Source: Lysobacterales bacterium
GTDB taxonomy: Bacteria > Pseudomonadota > Gammaproteobacteria > Xanthomonadales > SZUA-5
NCBI GenBank assembly: GCA_022844165.1
Contig: JALHMH010000004.1
Span: 32,001 to 96,000, forward strand
Reading direction: 5' to 3'
DNA: 64,000 nucleotides
A program made the translations under genes and the position numbers. Below the pieces are notes generated by a model. The model had not been told where the DNA came from, did not search any database, and saw only the letters and a list, made by a program, of their open reading frames with translations. Position 1 is the first letter of the stretch, and each line of letters starts with the position of its first letter. Positions 48,779-60,020 of this stretch are shown one piece after another.

Positions 48779-49192
48779 ATGTCAGACAACTACTTCATAA
48801 CTTTGGAACACGATCTCGACGAGATCGACATGATGCCGAGCGCGAAAGCGCTGGCGAAAATGATGGACAAAATCGATGAGATCACCGACGAAATCGGTGT
48901 GACCCGGTTCTCCGATTTTGTCGCGGGCAGCGACGGCGGCGACGATTTGTCCGAGATCGCCGAACAGGAAGGCTGGGACATGGGCGGCTTCGGTGCTGGC
49001 GGCAGCGGTCAGGAGTGGTTCGACGCTGGCGATGGTCTGGATACCGTGCGTGCGCTGGCCGGATATATCGAATCCGATCCCGACTCGATCAAGCGGGCAA
49101 AGACAATTCTCGAAGAGCTCAAGGCCTTCGAAAAAGTGCTGGAGGCAGCACTTGCGCACAACGTGCGTTTCCGATTGGAAGCCGATGATTGA
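48779..49192 (+). CDS. Acidic hypothetical protein
   Basis: MSDNYF..QEWFDAGDGLDTVRAL; good codon bias. Confidence 0.75.
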   Translation: MSDNYFITLEHDLDEIDMMPSAKALAKMMDKIDEITDEIGVTRFSDFVAGSDGGDDLSEIAEQEGWDMGGFGAGGSGQEWFDAGDGLDTVRALAGYIESDPDSIKRAKTILEELKAFEKVLEAALAHNVRFRLEADD

Positions 49193-49337
49193 TCCAGGCG
49201 CTGCGGCTGGCGAGCATCGCCGGCCAGCGGCTGTTCGGCTGGCATGGTGAGAATCGCCAAAGGTTGATGCTGTGCGCCTCAATGGCCATGAGGTCAATCG
49301 TGCTCATCCGTTTCAGTCAAGATCTGAGACACCCTGC

Positions 49338-49589
49338 CAGAGTCCTTGACGGAGCCGGATCTGTACATTTGAGTCAAATTTTCTGCGCAGCGGCTTTGGC
49401 AGTTGAAGCCCCCTTGAGTACAAGGGGGGTGAGGATTGGCGCTTACACGCCGCAAGGCGTGTGCCGAGCCGAACGACCGGCGGCTGTGCCGCCGGGCCGG
49501 AAATGCGCGCAGCGCTCAATGGGGGTTTGGCAAGTACGGTGTCTGGCGAAGCCAGCAATGCTCGGCGGTCTGAGGCGAAGCCTCGCTAG
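49338..49589 (+). mobile_element. ~250-bp hairpin-rich intergenic repeat (MITE-like element or structured RNA)
   Basis: Reverse complement of 61024-61264; partial third copy at 44263. Confidence 0.6.
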
Positions 49590-49689
49590 TGCTGTCATCC
49601 GGGCTCAAGGCTCCCGACGTTTCGCGCGGGTGGAGTTGGCACGTCTGTTGCAGAATGTGCGGTGTCGGTCACTCAGGAGCTAGCGCAAA

Positions 49690-49923
49690 ATGGGTCAGGG
49701 CTCACTCGGCAATATCATTGCGGCACTGGCGAGCTTCTTCATTGCGGGTCTGGGCCAGCTCATCCAGGGGCGGTTCTTGAAAGCCGTTGTTATGTTCGTC
49801 ATGGCGGCCTTACTGTGGCTTGTCTGGCTGGGTTGGATCATCCATTTATGGTCGATTCTGGATGCCGCGCTGTTCGAGGCGCCCGAGTACCGCTATCGCC
49901 GCACGTACTTTGACTGGCGTTAG
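49690..49923 (+). CDS. Small membrane protein
   Basis: AGGAG RBS; IAALASFFIAGLGQLIQGR..HLWSILDAA. Confidence 0.85.
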   Translation: MGQGSLGNIIAALASFFIAGLGQLIQGRFLKAVVMFVMAALLWLVWLGWIIHLWSILDAALFEAPEYRYRRTYFDWR

Positions 49924-50054
49924 AGACGCCGGAGTTGGTGTCTCGCGGAGGGCCTGTTGACTGAGACGAAGTCGGGCTGGAAGGGCTCGATGAATCGCTT
50001 CCTGGAGACTTCGATAACGCGGCGCGTCGGCGGCGTTATCGGTAGAGTGCGGCC

Positions 50055-51827
50055 ATGACCGAGAACGTATCGCAACGCGCCGCGCTCGGGCGCGTATTTC
50101 AGGCGCTCGCCCCCTATGCCTATGCCTGGCGCTGGCGCATCGCGCTGGTGCTGGGGCTGTTGACGATTGCCAAACTCGCCAATCTGGGCGTGCCAATCAG
50201 CTTCAAGGCAATCATCGATGCGTTGGCGCCGAGTGAGCAACTGATCGCCGTGCCGGTTGCGTTGTTGGCAGCCTATGGCGGATTGCGCCTCCTGGCGGCG
50301 ATGGCTGGCGAGTTGCGGACCATTCTCTTTGCGCGGGTGCATATCGGCGCCCGGCGTCGAGCTGCGCTCGACACCTTCAAGCACCTGCATGCACTCGGAT
50401 TGCGTTTCCATCTGGAGCGTCGTACCGGTGGTCTGGCGCGGGTGATCGAACGCGGCACGGGAGCCATGGAGGACTTTCTCTACTATTGCGTGATCACGAT
50501 CGCGCCAACGCTTTTTGAAATTGCGATCGCGACGGCATTCCTGATTTACGCGTATCCGAATATTTTCGCGCTGACCACGCTGGCGACGCTGGCGGCTTAC
50601 GTGGCGGTCACGATCATCGTTACGGAATGGCGAACGCGCTACTACCGAAAAATGATCGAGTCGGACAACGAATCTGCGGCGCTGGCTGTCGACAGTTTGT
50701 TGAACTACGAGACGGTCAAGTACTTCGCGAACGAGTCTCACGAAGCCTCGCGCTATGACAAGGGCCTGGACACCTGGCAGGCCGCCGCAGAGAAGTCGTG
50801 GTTTACGCTAGGTGTACTCAATGCAGCACAAGCGATGGTCATCGCGCTGGGATTGACCACACTGATGTGGCTAGCCGCCGCGGAGGTAGCCGCAAAGCGC
50901 ATGACCATCGGCGATCTTGTGCTGATCAACACCTTGCTGATCCAGTTATTTATACCGCTCAACATTCTCGGCATGATGTATCGCGACATCAAACAGGCCC
51001 TGTCGGACATGGGCAAGATGTTCGAACTTCTCGATGAAAAACGCGAAGTGCAGGACGCGACCGGGGCCCCGGATTTGCGCGTCCACGGTGGCGAAATCCG
51101 CTTTGAAAGCGTCAGTTTCGCATACGACAAACGGCGGCCGATTCTGTTTGATGTTTCGTTCGTCGTGCCGGCCGGAAAAACCGTGGCTGTGGTCGGTTCC
51201 AGTGGCGCAGGGAAGAGCACACTGGCTCGGTTGTTGTATCGCTTCTATGATGTCCAGGGCGGTACGATTCGCATCGATGGCGCTGATCTTCGTGCCATTA
51301 CACAGCACAGCTTGCGGCAGGCGATCGGCATCGTTCCGCAAGATACGGTGCTGTTTAACGACACACTGTATCGGAACATCGCGTATGGCAATGTCCAAGC
51401 CGCGCGCGAACAGGTCATCGACGCTGCACGTCGCGCGCAAATCCACGATTTCATCGTGTCGCTTCCGGACGGCTACGAGACTATTGTCGGCGAGCGGGGG
51501 CTCAAGCTATCCGGCGGTGAAAAGCAGCGCGTCGCGATCGCGCGAACTTTGCTGAAGAATCCGCCGATTCTTCTTTTTGATGAGGCCACCAGCGCGCTCG
51601 ACTCGGCTACTGAGCGCGAAATTCAGGCGCAGCTTGATGCGATCGCGCAGGAGCGGACAACGTTGGTTATCGCGCATCGGCTCTCGACCATTTCTGGCGC
51701 GGACTCAATTATCGTGATGAGCGAAGGCCGCATCGTCGAACGAGGCACACACGAGGCATTGCTGGCCGCCGAGGGCGCATACGCAAGGCTCTGGGCGCTG
51801 CAAAGCGCGGATGTCGAAGCGGCTTAG
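50055..51827 (+). CDS. Atm1/ABCB-type fused ABC exporter
   Basis: FHLERRTG, DSLLNYETVKYF, GSSGAGKST, LSGGEKQR, DEATSALD. Confidence 0.95.
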   Translation: MTENVSQRAALGRVFQALAPYAYAWRWRIALVLGLLTIAKLANLGVPISFKAIIDALAPSEQLIAVPVALLAAYGGLRLLAAMAGELRTILFARVHIGARRRAALDTFKHLHALGLRFHLERRTGGLARVIERGTGAMEDFLYYCVITIAPTLFEIAIATAFLIYAYPNIFALTTLATLAAYVAVTIIVTEWRTRYYRKMIESDNESAALAVDSLLNYETVKYFANESHEASRYDKGLDTWQAAAEKSWFTLGVLNAAQAMVIALGLTTLMWLAAAEVAAKRMTIGDLVLINTLLIQLFIPLNILGMMYRDIKQALSDMGKMFELLDEKREVQDATGAPDLRVHGGEIRFESVSFAYDKRRPILFDVSFVVPAGKTVAVVGSSGAGKSTLARLLYRFYDVQGGTIRIDGADLRAITQHSLRQAIGIVPQDTVLFNDTLYRNIAYGNVQAAREQVIDAARRAQIHDFIVSLPDGYETIVGERGLKLSGGEKQRVAIARTLLKNPPILLFDEATSALDSATEREIQAQLDAIAQERTTLVIAHRLSTISGADSIIVMSEGRIVERGTHEALLAAEGAYARLWALQSADVEAA

Positions 51828-51877
51828 CCCGTGTGCGTTGTGGGCCGGCGGAATCGATCTTGCGCTGCCGACGATAC

Positions 51878-54184
51878 TCACGCTGTCTGCAATGGCCGCA
51901 GTTTGGCCAGTGCATCGACAAGCACCTCGCCACTGAAAGGTTTGATGAGCAGCAGGTCGATCGGCGCGTGGGTTTGTTGCTCGCGCACGGAGCCTGTCAT
52001 CAGCGCCAGCCGCGGGCGTATGCCTTTGAACATCTCGCGGACACGGCCCAGCAGCTCAATGCCGTTTTCATGCTCAAGTTGTTTGTCGCTCAAGACGACG
52101 TCCGGGTCGAATTCGCGGATGGACTTTTCCAGACGGGTGCCATCTTCCAGATCCAAAACGACGGCGCCGGCAATCTCAGCATTCACCCGGATGGCCAGAC
52201 GGACCAGCTCGTCGTCGTCGATAATCAAAAGCCGCAGCCCTTCAAGTGGCCGCAGCGCCGAGACTGGCGCAACAGCCTCGTTCCGATCGGCGTTGGCCAG
52301 TGGCAGCGAAAACGAGAACGCGGCTCCGCCTTCAGTTCGATTCCGTGCGGAAATTTCCCCGCCATGCGCTGCGATAATGCGTTTGGCGACGCTCAGGCCC
52401 AATCCACCGCCACTTTCCTCGCCTGCGTTGGCGCCACGGAAGTAGGCGTCGAAGAGTCTGGGAAGTTCGGACTCGCGCACGCCGGGTCCGTTATCGAGTA
52501 CGGAGACGAACCAGCGCTGATTCTGGATCGAACTTTCGATGCGTATCTCTCCGTTCGACCCATAACGCAGGGCGTTGGTCAACAGGTTAAGGACTACCTG
52601 GCCCAGTCGTTCTGCATCGACATCCGCGACGGCGTCGAGTTCTTCATCTGGATGCGATAAGAAAATGGTGGCGCCCTTCGCGGCGGCGGACGGCGCGACC
52701 CAATCCCGCGCGGCGGTTAAGATGTCGATCAAGCGCGATGGTCGTCTGTGCAGTGCGAATTGACCTCTATCCATGAGCGACAAGTCGAACGCGTCGTTGC
52801 TGATGCGCGCGATCGTCTGCACCGCGCGATGGGCAGTGGCCATCAGCTGCCGTCGCTTGTCGTCTTTTTCATCATGCAGCAAGGCGGTCAGCGCGCCCAT
52901 CAGCCCTTGAATTGGATTACGAATCTCGTGCCCAGCGACGGCCAGCATGTCCGATCTCGCGCTCTGCAAGGACTGCAGTGCGATCGCCCGCGTTTCGTTG
53001 CTCCTTGCGCGAATGGCGGCGAGCGCCGCCAGCGCGACCGCAACGAACGCCATCAGAGTCCAGAACAACAAATTGCGCTGCCCGACGGTGGCCGTGGTTT
53101 CGAGTTCGCGAACGCGCTGCTCTTGGTCGTGGACTCGAGATTCCAGTTCGCGCTCGCGACGGACCGCATTGAGCGAGGCAATCGTTTCGCTGCGCTGGCG
53201 TTCGAACGCACGGCGTTCCTGATCGTGCGCAGATCGAAGAGAGATCAGGGCTTCCTCCAGCCGCGACTGCGCTTGCAGACAGCTCGCTTTGTGGTCGAGC
53301 ACCCGAGCCATTTCTTGCGCATTGTCTGCGCGCTCATGAAATTCCAACGCTGAATCAAATAGCGCGAGCGCCGTCTTGTCATCGCCCGTCATGCACGCGC
53401 GTCGGGCGCGGGCCACGTCGGCAAAAGTTGCCAGGAATTCGTTGCCCGCGGCGCGCGCTTCTTCAGCTACACGGGCCGCCAGCGCCTGCGCTTGTTGTGG
53501 CTGGTCATTCAACACCGACAATTGCGCCAGTAACAAAGTCTGCTCAAGTTCCGCTATCGGTTTAGGGAGCGTGATTTTCGTCGCCTGATCGACCGCGCTT
53601 TGGCTGCCCTCGATATCGCCCAGGGCCTGAGAGACCAGACTTTGGTTCAGCAGTAGTCGTACCTTGGTTTCCGGATCGTCGTTGACGTGCTGCAAGCCAG
53701 CGTCAATGTGGCGTCGCGCCATCTCGAAGTCGGCGCTTCGTCCAGCGATGGAAGAGAGAGTCAGGCGAGCGCGGGCCTGAATCGACGCATCCGCGAGTTT
53801 TTCGCCGATTGCAAGTGCTTCGAGTGCGTCGGTTTGCGCTTCCGGCTGGCGTTCCAATTGGGTCAGCGCACCAGCGCGCAGAATTTTGACGTTGGCAGCA
53901 AGTTGTTCGAGCCCGGCGGATTCGGCCAACGCCACCGTCTCGTCGCCAAGCACAACGATTTCTTCCCAGGCGCCGCGCAAGCGATAGAAACGGAGCAGAT
54001 GCAAACGCGCGCGTACATTCGTTTCGACATCGCCGGCAGCGTTGGCTTCATCGAATAGCTTGCGAGCCATCGGCTCGGTGTTGGAACTGCCTCTTTCCGC
54101 CAGGGACTCCAGTTCCTGCAACGCGACTTGGTGTTGTTGCGGCACGGCAAGCACAAGCGCGGCGACGAAAGGCAAGAACAACAA
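51878..54184 (-). CDS. Hybrid sensor histidine kinase with periplasmic TPR region and receiver domain
   Basis: HEIRNP, NLLTNA, DNGPG, GLGL, LIIDDD..KP. Confidence 0.92.
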   Translation of the reverse strand: MLFLPFVAALVLAVPQQHQVALQELESLAERGSSNTEPMARKLFDEANAAGDVETNVRARLHLLRFYRLRGAWEEIVVLGDETVALAESAGLEQLAANVKILRAGALTQLERQPEAQTDALEALAIGEKLADASIQARARLTLSSIAGRSADFEMARRHIDAGLQHVNDDPETKVRLLLNQSLVSQALGDIEGSQSAVDQATKITLPKPIAELEQTLLLAQLSVLNDQPQQAQALAARVAEEARAAGNEFLATFADVARARRACMTGDDKTALALFDSALEFHERADNAQEMARVLDHKASCLQAQSRLEEALISLRSAHDQERRAFERQRSETIASLNAVRRERELESRVHDQEQRVRELETTATVGQRNLLFWTLMAFVAVALAALAAIRARSNETRAIALQSLQSARSDMLAVAGHEIRNPIQGLMGALTALLHDEKDDKRRQLMATAHRAVQTIARISNDAFDLSLMDRGQFALHRRPSRLIDILTAARDWVAPSAAAKGATIFLSHPDEELDAVADVDAERLGQVVLNLLTNALRYGSNGEIRIESSIQNQRWFVSVLDNGPGVRESELPRLFDAYFRGANAGEESGGGLGLSVAKRIIAAHGGEISARNRTEGGAAFSFSLPLANADRNEAVAPVSALRPLEGLRLLIIDDDELVRLAIRVNAEIAGAVVLDLEDGTRLEKSIREFDPDVVLSDKQLEHENGIELLGRVREMFKGIRPRLALMTGSVREQQTHAPIDLLLIKPFSGEVLVDALAKLRPLQTA

Positions 54185-54377
54185 GGCAGGGCTCCCAAAA
54201 ACTGCGTGCAGCCTAAGAGCGCCCGATAGGAGCGGTCAACCTTTTTGGTCATTTGAGCTTTTGGCAGAGCCCAATCAGTGATATGCCTGCGTCGCTCCGC
54301 ACCATCCTCCTTGCCCTCGGCCGCTCGCTGCGTTTATTCGAACCGCTCATGGATGTTGACATGCCGTAGGCACTTCG

Positions 54378-54403
54378 AAATGGTACTATTTCGGTACTGT
54401 ATT
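54378..54403. promoter_or_regulatory. Candidate Rrf2 operator of the suf operon
   Basis: Imperfect palindrome AAATGGTAC-TATTTCG-GTACTGTATT just upstream of the regulator. Confidence 0.45.
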
Positions 54404-54416
54404 GACTTGGTTGATT

Positions 54417-54865
54417 ATGTTCAGGCTCAACAAGCTCTCGGATTACGCGGCGGTATTGATGGCCTGTCTGGCCTCTGATGGTGGTCGGGCAAGCGCCCAG
54501 TCACTTGCAGACCGGGCGCGACTGGAGTTGCCGACGGTGGCAAAGTTGTTGAAACAACTCGCGGGTGCCGGACTGGTCAGCGCGACGCGCGGCATTTCCG
54601 GCGGCTACGCATTGGCACGTGCGGCAGAGGACATCAGCGTCGCCGACATCGTGATCGCGATCGAAGGCCCGATGGGTCTGACCGAATGCAGTGTGCACCA
54701 AGGCGCGTGTGGGCGTGAGAATTTTTGCGCGATTTCGAGCAACTTGCGGAAGATCAGTCTGGCCGTCGAGCATGCGTTGCGTGCGGTCACCCTGGCCGAT
54801 CTGGCAGCACCATCGCGGCGCTGGCGACCACGCGTGAGCATCGAGCGGAGCATGGAGACTGTGCA

Positions 54866-54869
<4 letters not shown>
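54417..54869 (+). CDS. SUF-system Rrf2-family regulator
   Basis: [26 protein letters not shown]; three Cys. Confidence 0.92.
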
Positions 54870-56329
<1,460 letters not shown>

Positions 56330-56473
56330 TCGGACTAATACCTGCAATCGAAGGCGCTGCGTTGATCGTCAGCGTCCTGACTTGCCGAAGCACACGTATG
56401 CGTTGCCGAAGCTTGCGATGACGCAAAGCTCGGAAGCTCTGGCTGCCCCGTAAATGCGAATTAGTAAAAGAGA

Positions 56474-57244
56474 TTGACGTCAATGCTTGAAATCGAAAAC
56501 CTCCACGTCAGCGTCGCCGGCAAGGCGATCTTGAAGGGCTTGAGTCTTGCCATTCGCCCTGGCGAAGTACACGCGATCATGGGGCCGAACGGCGCGGGCA
56601 AGTCAACGCTCGGTCATGTCCTGGCAGGGCGCGAAGGCTACGACGTTACGCAAGGCAGCGTACGCTACCTGGGCGAAGATTTGCTCTCACTGGCGCCCGA
56701 GGAGCGCGCCGCAAAAGGCGTGTTTCTGGCGTTCCAGTACCCGGTGGAAATTCCAGGTGTGAACAACACCTATTTCCTGCGCACGGCACTCAACGCGCAG
56801 CGCAAGGCGCGTGGCGAAAATGAGCTGGATGCCATGCAGTTCTTGAAGCTGACGCGCGAGAAGCTCAAGGTACTCTCGATCTCCGACGAACTGCTGCACC
56901 GTGCGGTGAACGAAGGTTTCTCGGGCGGCGAGAAAAAGCGCAACGAGATCTTCCAGATGGCAGTGCTCGAGCCGCGCCTGGCGATTCTCGACGAGACCGA
57001 TTCGGGCCTCGATATCGATGCGCTCAAGACGGTGGCCGAGGGCGTCAATCGCCTGCGTTCGCCAGAGCGCGGCTTCCTGGTGATCACGCATTACCAGCGT
57101 TTGCTCGACTATATCGTGCCTGATGTTGTGCACGTCCTCGCCGATGGGCGCATCGTCGAGAGCGGTGACAAGTCGCTCGCGCTGACGCTCGAAGAACACG
57201 GTTACGCGTGGATCAAGGAGCGCAAGCCCGGAGCAGCTGCATGA
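56474..57244 (+). CDS. sufC: Fe-S cluster assembly ATPase SufC
   Basis: GPNGAGKST, FQYPVEIPG, GFSGGEKKRNE. Confidence 0.98.
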   Translation: MTSMLEIENLHVSVAGKAILKGLSLAIRPGEVHAIMGPNGAGKSTLGHVLAGREGYDVTQGSVRYLGEDLLSLAPEERAAKGVFLAFQYPVEIPGVNNTYFLRTALNAQRKARGENELDAMQFLKLTREKLKVLSISDELLHRAVNEGFSGGEKKRNEIFQMAVLEPRLAILDETDSGLDIDALKTVAEGVNRLRSPERGFLVITHYQRLLDYIVPDVVHVLADGRIVESGDKSLALTLEEHGYAWIKERKPGAAA

Positions 57245-58395
57245 GCGTGATGGACGCCGTTCGCGCGCACCTCACTGCGCCGATCAATCGCGAATCTGCT
57301 GAGCAGGTGATGGGCACCGGCCTGCCGCATGCGAAGACCGAGTCCTGGCGCTACAGCGCGCGTGCGCTCGGCGATCTCGATTTCACACCGCCGCACTTCG
57401 AAGGCGATGCACCGTCGTGGCCTGCTGCCGCGTGCGATGTGCTTGTGGCGGGCGAACAACTGACTTGCTTACCGAGCACAGGCGTGAGTGTCTCCGCCGC
57501 AACCATTGGCGGTGAGTTGCCGGCGGGAGAAGCGCAATCCTTTGCGCGTTTGATGCTGGCTGACGGCACGCCATGCGTGCGGCTCCGTATCGAGCGTGCG
57601 ACGACACCCCTGCGCTTGTCGCTGCATTCGCCGCACAGCGGATACCACGCGCTGCGATTGCTGATCGACGTGGCGCCGGGCGTCAATGTGCACCTGATCG
57701 AAGATCTGCATGGCGGCCATCCCGCAGGAATCGTCAACCGTTGGGTCGATCTGCGCATTGCGGCCGGCGCGAGCGTGCAATGGCTTCGCTGGCAACGTCA
57801 TGCGGCGCGCAGCGTACAACGCACCGATGTGGCGCTTTCTACTGAGGCGCGCCTCAGCTACACCGCCGTTGAGTGCGATGCCCGATTTGCGCGCCATGAT
57901 CTAAACGTTCGACTCGAGGGGCAGGGCGCCAATGCCATGATCGATGGACTTGTGGTCGTAAATGGTCGCCAGCACCACGACACTCAGTTGGCGCTGCGCC
58001 ACTCGGTTCTCGGCGCACACAGCCGAACCCGATGGCGCATGATTGCGAGCGATCGCGCACGCAGCGTATTCAGCGGCCTGATCCACGTCGCCCCTGGTGC
58101 GGATTGCTCCGAAGCGCACCTCAAAACCGCGAATCTTCTGCTATCGCCGCATGCAGAGATCGACACCAAACCTGAGCTCGTCATTGAAGCCGACGAAGTG
58201 GTCTGCTCGCACGGCGCGACGGTCGGGCAACTCGACGACAAGGCGCTGTTTTACCTGCGTTCGCGCGGCGTGTCTGAGCCTGAGGCGCGACGCATGCTGA
58301 CTGTGGCTTTTGGTGGCGATGTGCTGTCGAGCGTTAGCGATGTTGCGGTGCGCGAGACGATGGCTGCCGTGGTGGCGGCCAAGGTCGCGCAATGA
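57241..58395 (+). CDS. sufD: Fe-S cluster assembly protein SufD
   Basis: ESWRY, EIDTKPEL..CSHGATVGQLD..FYLRSRG. Confidence 0.95.
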   Translation: MSVMDAVRAHLTAPINRESAEQVMGTGLPHAKTESWRYSARALGDLDFTPPHFEGDAPSWPAAACDVLVAGEQLTCLPSTGVSVSAATIGGELPAGEAQSFARLMLADGTPCVRLRIERATTPLRLSLHSPHSGYHALRLLIDVAPGVNVHLIEDLHGGHPAGIVNRWVDLRIAAGASVQWLRWQRHAARSVQRTDVALSTEARLSYTAVECDARFARHDLNVRLEGQGANAMIDGLVVVNGRQHHDTQLALRHSVLGAHSRTRWRMIASDRARSVFSGLIHVAPGADCSEAHLKTANLLLSPHAEIDTKPELVIEADEVVCSHGATVGQLDDKALFYLRSRGVSEPEARRMLTVAFGGDVLSSVSDVAVRETMAAVVAAKVAQ

Positions 58396-58744
58396 GTTCG
58401 CCTTGTGGGTCGTGCAGTGGGGTGACGCAGGTGGCGCTTGACGACGACTTCGGGACGCTTCTTTTGCAGCTCAATCTGGCTGGTAGTGGAAAAGCAAGAG
58501 CGAGGGCACGAGGGCACGAGGGCGCGTGGGCGTATGCTTCGACGAAGCGCGTTCTGCGCTTCAAGACTTTCGATAGTCGACATTGCTCCGAAAAAGCCAC
58601 TGTCTTCCGTGCCCACGTGCCCCCGTTCTTCGGTGCTGCCTGCCGATGCTTGGAACGGCCTTGTGATTCCATCGATCTCGCCTGCCGAGGCTCGCGGAAA
58701 CAGCTCGGAGCGTCGCGCTTTGGCGCGACCCACGGGAGCTCGGA

Positions 58745-59950
58745 ATGAACTCCTGGCGTCCCGATTTTCCGATCCTGAAGCGTACGGTCAATGGCAAGCC
58801 GCTGATCTATTTTGATAACGCCAATACCGCTCAAAAGCCGCAAGTCGTCATCGACGCGGTCGATCAGTTTTACTGTCAGCACAACGCCAATGTCGCTCGC
58901 GCGGTGCATCTGCTGAGCGAAGAAGCCACTGCAATGTACGAGCGCGCACGTGAGCGTATCGCTTCCTGGATTGGCGCTGCTGCGCCGCGCGAAATCGTGC
59001 TGACCTCCGGCACCACCATGGCGATCAATCTCGTTGCGCACAGTTTTTTGCGCCCGCGTTTGCGCGAGGGTGATGAAATTTTGATCACCGCGATGGAGCA
59101 CCACGCCAACATCGTGCCGTGGCAATTGCTTTGCGCGGCAACCGGCGCCAAGCTCGTCGTCGCGCCGATCTTTGACGACGGTACACTCGACATCGATGCG
59201 CTGGAGGACCTGATCTCGCCACGGACGAAACTGGTTGCTGTCACGCACGTCTCGAACGTACTTGGCACCATCAATCCGATTGCCAGGATTGCCCAGGAGA
59301 CCAGGGCACGCGGCGTGCCGCTGTTGGTCGACGGTTCGCAAGCGCTGCCTCACTTCAAGGTCGACGTACAGGCATTGGGCTGTGATTTCTATTGCTTTAC
59401 CGGCCACAAACTATTCGCCCCAACTGGTACCGGCGTGCTTTGGGCGCGATATGAGACGCTGGACTCGATGAGCCCATGGATCGGTGGCGGCGAGATGATT
59501 GATGCCGTCAGTTTTGAACGGACAATCTACGCGCCTCCACCTCGACGCTTCGAGGCCGGCACGCCAAACATCGCCGGATTTATCGGACTGGGTGCTGCCA
59601 TCGAATACCTGGCAGCACAGGATTTCCAAGCGATACATACGCTTGAGCAGGCTTTGCTGGCGCAGCTACTGGAGGGATTGCGTGGGCTGGGTGGTGTTCG
59701 GTTCATCGGCCAGAGCAAAGAACGCGTATCAGTGGTCAGCTTTACGCTCGACGGGGCGCATGCGACCGATGTCGCCATGTTGCTGGATCTTGCCGGAATC
59801 GCGGTGCGCTCCGGCCAACATTGTGCGCACCCATTGATGCAGCGCTTTGGTATTCATGCAACGCTTCGGGCGTCACTGGCGTTTTACAACACACCCGAGG
59901 AAGTTGCGGGGTTTGTGGCAGCGCTTGCTCAATGCCGAGCGATGCTTTAG
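58745..59950 (+). CDS. sufS: Cysteine desulfurase SufS
   Basis: YFDNA, EHHANIVPW, TGHK, RSGQHCA. Confidence 0.96.
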   Translation: MNSWRPDFPILKRTVNGKPLIYFDNANTAQKPQVVIDAVDQFYCQHNANVARAVHLLSEEATAMYERARERIASWIGAAAPREIVLTSGTTMAINLVAHSFLRPRLREGDEILITAMEHHANIVPWQLLCAATGAKLVVAPIFDDGTLDIDALEDLISPRTKLVAVTHVSNVLGTINPIARIAQETRARGVPLLVDGSQALPHFKVDVQALGCDFYCFTGHKLFAPTGTGVLWARYETLDSMSPWIGGGEMIDAVSFERTIYAPPPRRFEAGTPNIAGFIGLGAAIEYLAAQDFQAIHTLEQALLAQLLEGLRGLGGVRFIGQSKERVSVVSFTLDGAHATDVAMLLDLAGIAVRSGQHCAHPLMQRFGIHATLRASLAFYNTPEEVAGFVAALAQCRAML

Positions 59951-59987
59951 TCCGCAAGCTGCTTGGAATTTAACAAGATGCGTGCAT

Positions 59988-60006
59988 AATGAGATGTATT
60001 CGCATT
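59988..60006. promoter_or_regulatory. Fur box-like site
   Basis: AATGAGATGTATTCGCATT (9-1-9 imperfect palindrome) upstream of the iron-binding protein gene. Confidence 0.7.
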
Positions 60007-60020
60007 TAGGAGAATGGTTC

